DNA of 64,000 nucleotides from Lachnospiraceae bacterium (GTDB lineage Bacteria; Bacillota; Clostridia; Lachnospirales; Lachnospiraceae): NCBI GenBank assembly GCA_045627185.1, contig JAZQNE010000026.1, positions 9,719 to 73,718 of the forward strand, read 5' to 3'. Shown piece by piece: positions 1 to 8,705 of this stretch (position 1 is its first letter; each line of letters starts with the position of its first letter). The notes under the pieces were generated by a model. It saw only the letters and a program-made list of their open reading frames with translations, ran no database searches and was not told where the DNA came from. The position numbers and the translations under genes were made by a program.

Positions 1-595
1 TTGTGGCAATTTCATCGGCAGTCTTAAACCCAACGCCCGAAATGTCCTCAGCAAGCTTATACGGATTTTTCTTCAGAATTTCGTACATTCCCGGTCCGTA
101 AAAATTGTAGATTTTAACGGCAAGGCCTGATGAGATATCGTACTGCTGAAGGAAAACCATGGCCTCGCGCATTTCGCGTTTTTCATAGAACTGTTTGAAG
201 ATTTCCATGGCTTTACGCTCACTTATGCCCTTGACTTCAGCAAGGCGCTCCGGTTCTTCCTCCATTATGCGGAATGTATCGGCGCCAAAGCGCTTGATAA
301 TTCGCTCCGCAAGGGCTTCTCCAATGCCCTTTACGGCGCCCGACGCCAGATATTTTAAGATTGCCTGCTCATCTGTCGGGGCGCACTGTTCATATGACGA
401 TACTTTCAGCTGCTCACCGTAAACAGCATGAGAGATGTATTCGCCTTCAACTTTCAGGTATTCACCCTCATTTACAAATACAAAATTGCCGACACAGGTG
501 ATTTCTTCCTTGTCGGCATATAAAGAGAGAACGGTATAACCGTTCTCCGGGTTTCTATATACTATTCTTTCAACATATCCTGAAATAGTTTCCAT
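1..595 (-). CDS. recD2: RecD2-like SF1B ATP-dependent DNA helicase, N-terminal part (gene runs off the window start)
   Basis: Manual minus-strand translation from the ATG at 595-593 gives METISGYVERIVYRNPENGYTVLSLYADKEE...AVKGIGEALAERIIKRFG...ISGVGFKTADEIA. This is the typical RecD2 N-terminal OB plus helix-hairpin-helix region. It is open-ended, so it is absent from the ORF track. Confidence 0.7.
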   Translation of the reverse strand, partial: METISGYVERIVYRNPENGYTVLSLYADKEEITCVGNFVFVNEGEYLKVEGEYISHAVYGEQLKVSSYEQCAPTDEQAILKYLASGAVKGIGEALAERIIKRFGADTFRIMEEEPERLAEVKGISERKAMEIFKQFYEKREMREAMVFLQQYDISSGLAVKIYNFYGPGMYEILKKNPYKLAEDISGVGFKTADEIAT

Positions 596-632
596 GTGTT
601 ACCTGTTATTTCTTTTCACGGCTTTCTCCGTG

Positions 633-971
633 TCAGTTTCTTTTCATGGCTTCAAACAACTGCTGTGCAAGCCCAAGCTGACCGGATTCGGTAATTTCTT
701 TTGCATATGCCTGATACTGCATGTCTCCGAACTGCTGAAGATAAGGATCATCCTCTTCTTCCTCGCTTTTAACGGAGTCATGCATCATTTTTATTATTTT
801 TTCAACAAAATATGCTTCGAACTCTTTGCAGGCAGAAAGTTTTTCTTCATCAGAGGCACCGTCAAGGTTGTTGAGCTTTGAGGTGATTTTGTCAGCGGCT
901 GCAGTCTGCTTAAGACTTCCGTTCTGCGCATTAAGCACGTTCATATATTCTGTTCCTACTGAAATCGCCAT
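633..971 (-). CDS. flagellar rod-binding protein (FlgJ N-domain-like)
   Basis: 112 aa. The segment ACKEFEAYFVEKIIKMMHDSV...GQLGLAQQLFEAM fits the Rod_binding/FlgJ N-terminal pattern. AGGAGG lies 5 nt upstream of the ATG. The gene is directly downstream of the rod genes. Confidence 0.6.
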   Translation of the reverse strand: MAISVGTEYMNVLNAQNGSLKQTAAADKITSKLNNLDGASDEEKLSACKEFEAYFVEKIIKMMHDSVKSEEEEDDPYLQQFGDMQYQAYAKEITESGQLGLAQQLFEAMKRN

Positions 972-1015
972 GATATGTCCTCCTTCCGCCTGCTACGCAA
1001 CTGCCCCCATTCGCA

Positions 1016-1135
1016 GAAAATGCTTCGCATTTTCTTGCTCATGTGGGGCGGCTTCGCGTAGTCGCGAAGCCTCTTGATTTGAAATAAATCCGTCTTCATG
1101 AATGCAAGCATTCAGAAGGACGTCTTTATTTCAAA
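1016..1135. other. three consecutive stem-loops in the flgG / rod-binding-protein spacer
   Basis: Stem-loop 1 (1016-1034) is GAAAATGC ttc GCATTTTC. Stem-loop 2 (1050-1071) is GGCTTCGCG tagt CGCGAAGCC. Stem-loop 3 (1078-1135) is TTTGAAATAAA...TTTATTTCAAA with an inner TGAATGC/GCATTCA stem. Confidence 0.8.
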
Positions 1136-1143
1136 TCAGTTGC

Positions 1144-1956
1144 TTAACGCAACTGGTTTGCCTGTTGTAACATCTCATCCGAAGCCTGGATAACTTTTGA
1201 GTTCATTTCGTAGGCACGCTGGGCTACGATAAGGTTTACAACTTCATCAACGGTCTGTACGTTACTTGCCTCAAGCCAATGGGATCTGATTGAACTGGGT
1301 CTGAGGTTTGCATCCGATGATTCAAAGCGGGGTTCGCCTGAGTTCATGCTCTCCTTGTAGACAGAGCCTGAAATCTTCTCAAGACCTGCAGGGTTATTAA
1401 ACTGAGCAAGGCCAATTTGAATGCCTATGGGCTGCGGATTGTTCATTTCGTCCGGATAGCAGAGATTGCCATACGCATCAACTGTGATTTTGGTGATATC
1501 ATATTCCATGGGAACGGTTACGGGCTCACCGTCAACGCCAAGGATAGCATAACCGGAAGCATTTGAAAGTGTCATTCCGTCTGTTCCAAGGTTCATGTTA
1601 AATGCACCGTCTCTTGTATAGCCTATTTCACCGTTCGGAAGCTGAAGCTGGAAGAAACCGTTGCCGTCAATGGCAAAATCAAACTCATTGCCTGTTTCGG
1701 TGAAATTGCCCTGTGTAAAGCGGGAAACAATTCCTGAAACCTTTGCGCCTGAGCCAACCTGTCCAATAACAGGCTTCGGATCTCCGTTATTATCTGTTGT
1801 TTTTGTCTGAAGTTTTGAATAAAGAAGGGACTGGAACTGGGTGGTCTGCTTTTTGAAACCTGCAGTATTAACGTTTGCAAGGTTGTTTGCTATATTATCA
1901 ACGTTAGTCTGCTGGGCAACCATTCCCGATGCAGCAGTCCAAAGTGAACGCATCAT
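1144..1956 (-). CDS. flgG: flagellar basal-body rod protein FlgG (FlhP position)
   Basis: 270 aa. N-terminus is MMRSLWTAASGMVAQQTNVDNIANNLANVNTAGFKK and C-terminus is VDEVVNLIVAQRAYEMNSKVIQASDEMLQQANQL. These are the conserved rod/hook N and C motifs. Confidence 0.85.
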   Translation of the reverse strand: MMRSLWTAASGMVAQQTNVDNIANNLANVNTAGFKKQTTQFQSLLYSKLQTKTTDNNGDPKPVIGQVGSGAKVSGIVSRFTQGNFTETGNEFDFAIDGNGFFQLQLPNGEIGYTRDGAFNMNLGTDGMTLSNASGYAILGVDGEPVTVPMEYDITKITVDAYGNLCYPDEMNNPQPIGIQIGLAQFNNPAGLEKISGSVYKESMNSGEPRFESSDANLRPSSIRSHWLEASNVQTVDEVVNLIVAQRAYEMNSKVIQASDEMLQQANQLR

Positions 1957-1975
1957 AAGCGGGTCCTCCTGTCAA

Positions 1976-2749
1976 TCATACCTTACCTACACTGTTTACA
2001 TCAGCCTCAAGCAGGCTGTCTACCGATTTGATAACTCTCTGATTTGCTTCATAGGAACGTGTAATCGCAATCAGGTTAACCATTTCATTGATTACATTTA
2101 CGTTCGACTGTTCCGTGTAGCCCTGAAGAATTGAGCCTGTAGCTTCTTTTTCTTCAGCACCCTTGACGGGTTCATACATGGTTTCACCAAACTTTTTAAG
2201 ATAATTATAATCTTCAAAGTCAGTCAGTCTTACATAGTCAATCAGTTCATGGTCAGCATAAACGCCACCGTCAGTATCAATCAGAACCTCCGATGCATCA
2301 GTGGGAATCTGCAGAACGCCTGATTCGCCAAGAAGATGCTGCCCGTCAACAGTAACGATGTACCCGTCCTTTGTGATGGTGAATTCTCCGGCTCTTGTGT
2401 ACCTGTTAGTGACTGTGCCGTCTTTATCGGTATATTCAATGGTGAAGAAGCCATCTCCATCAATTGCAAGATCATATGTATTGTCGGTTTCCCTGACAGA
2501 GCCCTGTGTGTAATCGGTGTAAACCTCACCAATCTTAACGCCCAGATTCATGTTGCCAATAACCGCTCCGCCGTTAGGCTCAGCATTGTTTCTGGCGCGA
2601 ATGGTAAGCATATCGTCAAATGACTGGCTTGTTGCACCTTCTTTTTTGTAACCGACGGTAGCCGAGTTAGCCAGGTTGTTAGAAATAACATCCAGGCGCT
2701 TCTGCTCATTATACATGCCCGTCCAGGCTGTGTACAAACTTCTGATCAA
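1976..2749 (-). CDS. flagellar basal-body rod protein (FlgF/FlgG family, FlhO position)
   Basis: 257 aa. N-terminus is MIRSLYTAWTGMYNEQKRLDVISNNLANSATVGYKK and C-terminus is INEMVNLIAITRSYEANQRVIKSVDSLL. It lies between mbl and flgG, as in the B. subtilis mbl-flhO-flhP locus. Confidence 0.8.
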   Translation of the reverse strand: MIRSLYTAWTGMYNEQKRLDVISNNLANSATVGYKKEGATSQSFDDMLTIRARNNAEPNGGAVIGNMNLGVKIGEVYTDYTQGSVRETDNTYDLAIDGDGFFTIEYTDKDGTVTNRYTRAGEFTITKDGYIVTVDGQHLLGESGVLQIPTDASEVLIDTDGGVYADHELIDYVRLTDFEDYNYLKKFGETMYEPVKGAEEKEATGSILQGYTEQSNVNVINEMVNLIAITRSYEANQRVIKSVDSLLEADVNSVGKV

Positions 2750-2783
2750 AGCTAATCCTCCTTTGCCGACCGCCGCTCAAAAA

Positions 2784-3773
2784 TCAATCCTTTTTCTTGG
2801 AGCTCAGGAATTCTACATATTTACCGGTTCCGATGGCAACTGCGGTCATAGGGTCTTCAGCCGTCATGGTGGTGATACCGGTCTTCTCCTCAATGAGTTC
2901 CTCAAGTCCGTACAGTAAGCAGCCGCCGCCTGTAAGAACAATACCGCGGTCTGCAATATCTGCAGCAAGTTCCGGCGGTGTCTTCTCAAGTACGCTGTGT
3001 ACTGCTTCTACGATGTGAGAAGTGGTCTCTCTAAGTGCTTCTTCTGTTTCTTCGGATGTTACGGAAATGGTCTTGGGAAGGCCTGTTACAAGGTTTCTGC
3101 CTCGAACGTCCATAGCAACCGTTTCAGGTCTGCGGTATGCAGAACCGATCTTAATCTTGATATCTTCTGCAGTACGTTCACCGATAAGAAGATTGTTTCT
3201 CTTTCTCATGTAACGGATGATGGCTTCATCAAAGTCATCTCCTGCGATTTTGATTGATGTGCTTGCAACGGTGCCGCCAAGTGAAATAACTGCGATATCC
3301 GTTGTGCCGCCGCCTATATCAACAATCATGTTACCGCAGGGACGTGAAATGTCGATTCCTGCGCCGATTGCTGCTGCAATAGGCTCTTCAATAATGGCAA
3401 CGCTCTTAGCGCCTGCCTGATATGCTGCGTCTTCTACAGCCTTTTTCTCAACTTCTGTAACTCCGCTGGGAACACAGATGCTGACAATACCGTGGAAACG
3501 GCGCTTGCCGATTGCTTTCTGAATAAAGTATTTAAGCATTTTCTCAGTTACGGTGTAATCTGAAATAACGCCCTGACGCAAAGGTCTTACGGCAACAATG
3601 TTACCGGGTGTTCTACCGAGCATAAGTCTTGCTTCTTCGCCGATAGCCTTAATTCTGTTTGTGTCGCGGTCAAATGCAACAACAGACGGCTCTTTAAGAA
3701 CAACACCCTTTCCTTTAATGTAAACGAGCACGCTCGCAGTTCCCAAATCAATTCCGATATCTCCGCCGAACAT
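2784..3773 (-). CDS. mbl: MreB/Mbl actin-like rod-shape protein
   Basis: 329 aa. Motifs DIGIDLGTASVLVY, NMIVDIGGGTTDIAVISLGG and GIVLTGGG are the MreB phosphate/adenosine motifs. Synteny with the rod genes matches B. subtilis mbl. Confidence 0.85.
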   Translation of the reverse strand: MFGGDIGIDLGTASVLVYIKGKGVVLKEPSVVAFDRDTNRIKAIGEEARLMLGRTPGNIVAVRPLRQGVISDYTVTEKMLKYFIQKAIGKRRFHGIVSICVPSGVTEVEKKAVEDAAYQAGAKSVAIIEEPIAAAIGAGIDISRPCGNMIVDIGGGTTDIAVISLGGTVASTSIKIAGDDFDEAIIRYMRKRNNLLIGERTAEDIKIKIGSAYRRPETVAMDVRGRNLVTGLPKTISVTSEETEEALRETTSHIVEAVHSVLEKTPPELAADIADRGIVLTGGGCLLYGLEELIEEKTGITTMTAEDPMTAVAIGTGKYVEFLSSKKKD

Positions 3774-3855
3774 GTACTAAACTCCTTTCAAAACTCCTAA
3801 ATATTTATACCCCAAACCTTACATTTTTGGTACTTTACAGTTTTTCATAAAATAC

Positions 3856-3883
3856 ATTATAACGTATCGACGGAATAATTCAA
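3856..3883 (-). promoter_or_regulatory. candidate sigma-A promoter of the mbl-rod gene operon
   Basis: The minus strand reads TTGAAT, a 16-nt spacer, then TATAAT. This lies about 85 nt upstream of the mbl ATG. Confidence 0.45.
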
Positions 3884-3974
3884 ATAATTTTTTTGAAAAA
3901 AATCAGTAATATTTTTTGTGTTCTACACTACATATTTACGTTATTTTTTCACCATTTTAATTGTTTTTTATGAA

Positions 3975-4009
3975 GATGCCGCAACCCGCATAAAAACTGC
4001 TGCGGCATC
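3975..4009 (-). terminator. stem-loop downstream of the 411-aa gene (weak terminator candidate)
   Basis: A 9-bp stem GATGCCGCA/TGCGGCATC sits 20 nt after the stop codon. The following U-tract on the minus strand is poor. Confidence 0.35.
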
Positions 4010-4029
4010 CTCATTTTACCTGTATTGCG

Positions 4030-5265
4030 TTAAGCTATTTTCGCCAGATCGACATGCTGGATTGTTCCGGCAGTGCCGTCTTCCCTGAGGTATACGCCTG
4101 TTTTGCGTAAGGCTGCAAGCGGGTTTCCCGCTTCGGAATGCATGGACATCTCCGTATCTGCGCTTCCAAGATAAATTGCGCCGATGCCCGCAACGCCAAG
4201 CCCTACAAGCTCACTTGTGCCATCCTCACAGCGTTTCCAGATTTTCAGATGATTGAAGATTTCATCGTTTTCATCTATCCATCCGTTGCCGTCAAGGTCA
4301 AACACAGCAAGTTCTTTGAACCCGTCGCCTGTAGTTGCTCCGAAAAGTTCTGAGCCGTCGTTTATGATTCCATCGTTATTGCGGTCAAGTGCAAGGAATC
4401 CGCAGGCTTTGCCAAGAAGTGCTATATTGTCCTCTTCACCGTCACAGTCAAGGTCGAAATAGAAGGTCTGGTCCGAAACCTCGGCAACATCGCTTGAACA
4501 GTTGATAACAAGCGGATCCATGTAATAAATCTCGGTAAAATCAAACTCAACATTTGTTTTTTCGCAGAAGCTCCTGCTTTGCTCAAAGGAGAGGTTGAAA
4601 TCAATTTCCCTGCCATCTTGCGTTTTTACGGTTCCGGAGCTTGCAAAGCTTGTCTGTTCAAAGGTTTCTGTTGTTTTTTCGACTGATACGTTTACCGACC
4701 TGATGGAGGTTTGTACGCCTTCGAGAAGGCTTTTGGGAGCGTAACCGCCCGAACTGTAGCCGGTTGCACCTCCGACCGCGTAAAACGCATCATCCGTAAC
4801 CTGCGTTTTCTGAAAATCATACAGCCCGGAAAGCATTTTGTTTGCTCTCTCCTTCATCTTGTCAAACAGGCTGTGGAACATTTCAGTAATCGTCATCCGC
4901 CTGGGCTCGACCTTATTGCTTATCATTTCAAGAAGATTCTGAAGCGATTTAACTTCAATTTTTTCAGCATCGCTCAGAGCATTTTCTATAAATTCGCTTG
5001 CTGAGGTGCCTGATACCGGAATTGAAGCTGCTCTCTTTTGATTTCCCATTCTCTCTTCAGGGCTTATTTCATCAATTACTGCTTTGCCGTCATTTGCGGC
5101 ATTCTGTACATCGGTCTGTGCGCCATCCGTTGCTGTGGAATCCGCGCTTAATTTTGTGGCCTTTAACACGCTTTCTTCCCAGCCACTATAGCTCACAGAC
5201 TCATAAAACCTGCTTTGCGTCCTGTTATAAGAGGACAGCGCCACATTACTCGTCTGTATAACCAT
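4030..5265 (-). CDS. hypothetical protein with C-terminal DxDxDG calcium-binding repeats
   Basis: 411 aa with no signal peptide or TM segment. The C-terminus reads FDLDCDGEEDNIALLGKACGFLALDRNNDGIINDGSELFGATTGDGFKELAVFDLDGNGWIDENDEIFNHLKIW. This is the EF-hand-like repeat pattern seen in large RTX/VCBS-type Ca-binding proteins. Confidence 0.55.
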   Translation of the reverse strand: MVIQTSNVALSSYNRTQSRFYESVSYSGWEESVLKATKLSADSTATDGAQTDVQNAANDGKAVIDEISPEERMGNQKRAASIPVSGTSASEFIENALSDAEKIEVKSLQNLLEMISNKVEPRRMTITEMFHSLFDKMKERANKMLSGLYDFQKTQVTDDAFYAVGGATGYSSGGYAPKSLLEGVQTSIRSVNVSVEKTTETFEQTSFASSGTVKTQDGREIDFNLSFEQSRSFCEKTNVEFDFTEIYYMDPLVINCSSDVAEVSDQTFYFDLDCDGEEDNIALLGKACGFLALDRNNDGIINDGSELFGATTGDGFKELAVFDLDGNGWIDENDEIFNHLKIWKRCEDGTSELVGLGVAGIGAIYLGSADTEMSMHSEAGNPLAALRKTGVYLREDGTAGTIQHVDLAKIA

Positions 5266-5407
5266 TTTGTCCCATCCTTAGTCAAATTTGTCCGATGCAG
5301 GCTCAGGCCCGCGCGCATGGGCTTTGGTTCGCCACTCCAAAACAAAACGTGAACGTCTTCAACGCTGTGCATTCATTCACCCAAGGTGCGTCCACCGGGG
5401 CTCCTTT

Positions 5408-5452
5408 AAACACAAAAATGCTGTAAACCCGATCCTTCGGTTTTACAGCATT
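5408..5452 (-). terminator. rho-independent terminator ending module A
   Basis: The minus strand reads AATGCTGTAAAACCGAAGGATCGGGTTTACAGCATT followed by TTTGTGTTT. This is a long GC-containing stem plus a U-tract, about 80 nt after the ABC stop codon. Confidence 0.7.
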
Positions 5453-5531
5453 CCCTTGCCTGATATAAATATCGGACGCAAGATAAAAAATCTTAAGTTA
5501 TTTTAATTAGTTATTATCTATCTGATAATTA

Positions 5532-8021
5532 TTAATTTTTTATAACGCCAATAAGCGTTTTTTTCTTGATTTCACAAATGGGAAGCCATGCCATAAGTAA
5601 AGCAAAGCAGATTATGAATAATAGCGCAACCGCAAAAGGCCATATTTCAAACCATAAAATAAAGAACTTACGGTATTCCAAATATTTATATTGAACCAAA
5701 TTGAGCCAAAGCCAAACCGCTAATGAACAGAATATTCCCAATATAGTTGAAATGCAAATCATTTTCTTCGGGAAAATCAAAAATATTTTTCCGATATCCC
5801 GTTTAGAAACCCCTATTGCTCTTAAAATTCCTATCGAACGATAATTATCTTTTATTTCATACCGTATTTCTGAAACAATTGTCCCCACAAGCAAAATGAA
5901 TGCGGCAATAAAGGCAACGATTGCAAATGGAATCAATGTTTTGCAATCATTAATATAATTAACCGAATATGCCGCATTCGGATCTTCCAGAATTAAACCA
6001 TTTCTGCCCATTTTTTCAATGTATTGCCAGGCAACCTCTTTTGCAATTCCAATGCCATCATATCCAAATAAATCTGTTTCCATTTGCACCAAATCAAGAT
6101 ATGCATCATCCAAAACAGCTATATCTGCATACATATTATTTGATATTCCGACCACGCGTACATTACTTCCCAAAATCTGATACATATTAGGTATGTCCAG
6201 ATAATTTTCAAGATATTGCTCAGAATAGATATCACGAAGGGAATATTCAATTTCTATAAATTCACCGTCATACGGATGAATTCCAAGACGTTGTGCTTTA
6301 TTACCACTAATCACAATTTCGTTTCTGGTCTGAGGTGCACGTCCGTATTCTATCTCGGTGTTCATCATTGAAGCACCGCAAAGACTGTATTCTCCACTTA
6401 AATAATTATAAGGCGTTTTGGCAAAAAAATAATTGCTCTCAATCCAAACACAAATATCTGCTGATGCAAAAAGAGAGGAAATTACCGCTTTATTTGCAAA
6501 TACAACATTATATATATTATCCAGAATATAATTGTCTCTGTCGTCATTTTCATCAAGTTTCGGTACAATATCTTTGTAATCCGAATTAACTATTCCCTGA
6601 AATACAGCCGTTGAAAATCCTATGCAGAACAACTCGCCAAAATCTTCATCCGTCACGCCAAGTTTATTAGCAACATAATCAGTGAATAATACTGTTGGAA
6701 CCGAAGGGTCAATACTGTTTCCAGATCTTTCGTTTATTAGTTCATCTGAAAGAACAAAAACTGTAAACAGTTCACCTGACATTCCCAGTCCGTCGCCTTC
6801 TTCATATACTGTGAATGGGTTTACCTGTATTCCGGTTGTCTTATAAATAATATATTTAGCAGGCACAACGTTTTGCAACAAGGCAAGATTATCCTGCGTA
6901 TTGGAAATGAGATTTTTACTGTCACCTTCTAACGTAAAATATGGTGTAACCTGCTTTGCAAGAACGTAATCATCTTTATAAATTGAAGAATAAATCTGTT
7001 CTGTTATTGGTTGGCTATAATTAAAAACCGCCATTGGAAGCAACAGTAAAACCATAGCAATAGCAGTCATCACTGTCGTCAATAACCGCCTCAGTCTTCT
7101 GCCGTATAAAATACAGCCGGCATATTTTTTAATATGTTTCCGATTGATACTAACAGCATTTTTATCCTTTTTATGTCTGATCACTACATCAGTGTGTTCA
7201 TGTGAAGTAGTTTTAAGCAAACATGTTTCTATTACTGAACCACCTGTTTTTTCACGCCATTCCCGAATTGCTTTTTTTAACGATATCAAATCCGAAAAAA
7301 ACCTTTGCTCTCCATTAAAGGAAAACGCCAGGGATTCATGATTGTTTTCTGCATCAGCAATATCAACAAACGAACCGTCTGCCATTGAAATTACAACATC
7401 GGAATATCTCTCTGCTCTTTCTTTATCATGAGTCACAACAATTACTAATGTTTCTTGAGAAATTTGTTTTAACAGCTCGAAAATCAAATCACTATTTTCG
7501 GAATCCAAGTTTCCGGTTGGCTCATCTGCAAGAAGCACTTCCGGTTCTTTAATAACTGCCCTTGCAAGCGCAACACGTTGTTTTTGTCCGCCGCTCAACG
7601 TCCCGGTTCTTTGATTCAGAAGATCCGTAATTCCCATTTTTTCAGCTATGGCCTTCAGTTCAACTGTCTCATCAAAATTCCGAATTGTACAAACCTGAAG
7701 CGGCAGCAAAATGTTTTCAGCAACGGACATAGTGTCAAAAACATTATAGTCCTGAAAAACAAACCCCATTGACTTATTCCGATATTCATCCCAGTCCCGT
7801 TCAGAAAAACTTTTGGTATCTATACCATTAATAAGCAAATCACCAAAGTCAGGTTTATCCATTCCTCCAATAACATTGAGCAGTGTTGTTTTACCGCAAC
7901 CACTTTCTCCAATAATAGAAAAAAGGCCGACATCAGAGAACCTATATGTAATATCTCTAACCGCAATATTTTCGACAATTCCCTGTACATATTTTTTTGT
8001 TACAGACACTAATTCAATCAT
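5532..8021 (-). CDS. fused MacB-type ABC transporter, ATPase plus FtsX-family permease (module A)
   Basis: 829 aa. ATPase motifs present: Walker A GESGCGKTT, signature [10 protein letters not shown], Walker [13 protein letters not shown]-loop VTHD. TM1 lies near residue 320 and is followed by an extracytoplasmic region of about 350 aa. The C-terminal FtsX motif is IGILRAIGVSKRDIGKIF plus three TM segments. Confidence 0.85.
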   Translation of the reverse strand: MIELVSVTKKYVQGIVENIAVRDITYRFSDVGLFSIIGESGCGKTTLLNVIGGMDKPDFGDLLINGIDTKSFSERDWDEYRNKSMGFVFQDYNVFDTMSVAENILLPLQVCTIRNFDETVELKAIAEKMGITDLLNQRTGTLSGGQKQRVALARAVIKEPEVLLADEPTGNLDSENSDLIFELLKQISQETLVIVVTHDKERAERYSDVVISMADGSFVDIADAENNHESLAFSFNGEQRFFSDLISLKKAIREWREKTGGSVIETCLLKTTSHEHTDVVIRHKKDKNAVSINRKHIKKYAGCILYGRRLRRLLTTVMTAIAMVLLLLPMAVFNYSQPITEQIYSSIYKDDYVLAKQVTPYFTLEGDSKNLISNTQDNLALLQNVVPAKYIIYKTTGIQVNPFTVYEEGDGLGMSGELFTVFVLSDELINERSGNSIDPSVPTVLFTDYVANKLGVTDEDFGELFCIGFSTAVFQGIVNSDYKDIVPKLDENDDRDNYILDNIYNVVFANKAVISSLFASADICVWIESNYFFAKTPYNYLSGEYSLCGASMMNTEIEYGRAPQTRNEIVISGNKAQRLGIHPYDGEFIEIEYSLRDIYSEQYLENYLDIPNMYQILGSNVRVVGISNNMYADIAVLDDAYLDLVQMETDLFGYDGIGIAKEVAWQYIEKMGRNGLILEDPNAAYSVNYINDCKTLIPFAIVAFIAAFILLVGTIVSEIRYEIKDNYRSIGILRAIGVSKRDIGKIFLIFPKKMICISTILGIFCSLAVWLWLNLVQYKYLEYRKFFILWFEIWPFAVALLFIICFALLMAWLPICEIKKKTLIGVIKN

Positions 8022-8042
8022 AGAAGTCCTCTTTTAAAAATA

Positions 8043-8702
8043 TTAATTAATCACTTCCATTAATTCTTTGATATTAGAGTCCATAGAAATAATGAGTGCC
8101 TGAAGAATACGTGAATATTCTTTCTGAATGTCACCATCTTCTTGCATAAACAAGCCATGCATTGCATAAATGTATGATGGGTTTTCGTCTGGTATCGAAT
8201 AGCCCATTTTTTCCCATACAATTCTTTGTGAACCCAAATACTCAAAACTCTGTTCTCCGGGGCTCAATTCAGTGGTTAATCCAAGTTCCATAAAAAGCTG
8301 TAATTTGTCAGTTCCCAAATAATAAAAATCCATTTTGCCTGTTTGACAATAATCCCGTATTACAATTATATCCTCACGGCTCAACTCTGCTTCTCCGAAT
8401 CGGTCCATAACAACCAAAGCTTTATATGGTTTAGTTATCTTTTCAAATTCATCAAAAGAAACATCGACTATTTTACGTAAAGGCAAATATTCCGTATAAT
8501 CAAAATCTTCCCCGTAAACCATAATATCGGGATCATATTTTCTGCATACATCAATAGCATAATCTTGAAATTGGCAAAAAGCAGAATCAAACTCAAGACT
8601 TCTGCTTTTTTTTAGAAAAAGACAAAGAACCACCAAAAATAAAGTGGTAATTAATGCGACTCCGATTATTATCAAAACAGATTTTTTACTATTTTTCACC
8701 AT
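8043..8702 (-). CDS. N-in single-pass membrane protein, module A accessory
   Basis: 219 aa. A Lys-rich N-terminus (MVKNSKKS) precedes one TM helix, then an alpha/beta-looking domain of about 175 aa. It shares motifs with the ORFs at 15913..16485 and 56222..56857. Confidence 0.6.
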   Translation of the reverse strand: MVKNSKKSVLIIIGVALITTLFLVVLCLFLKKSRSLEFDSAFCQFQDYAIDVCRKYDPDIMVYGEDFDYTEYLPLRKIVDVSFDEFEKITKPYKALVVMDRFGEAELSREDIIVIRDYCQTGKMDFYYLGTDKLQLFMELGLTTELSPGEQSFEYLGSQRIVWEKMGYSIPDENPSYIYAMHGLFMQEDGDIQKEYSRILQALIISMDSNIKELMEVIN

Positions 8703-8705
8703 TTT

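Noticed and set aside
5288-5506. A 72-aa plus-strand ORF in the spacer between module A and the Ca-repeat gene.
   Set aside because: It spans a terminator hairpin and the GC-rich leader, has no RBS, and its Arg/His-rich translation looks non-coding.
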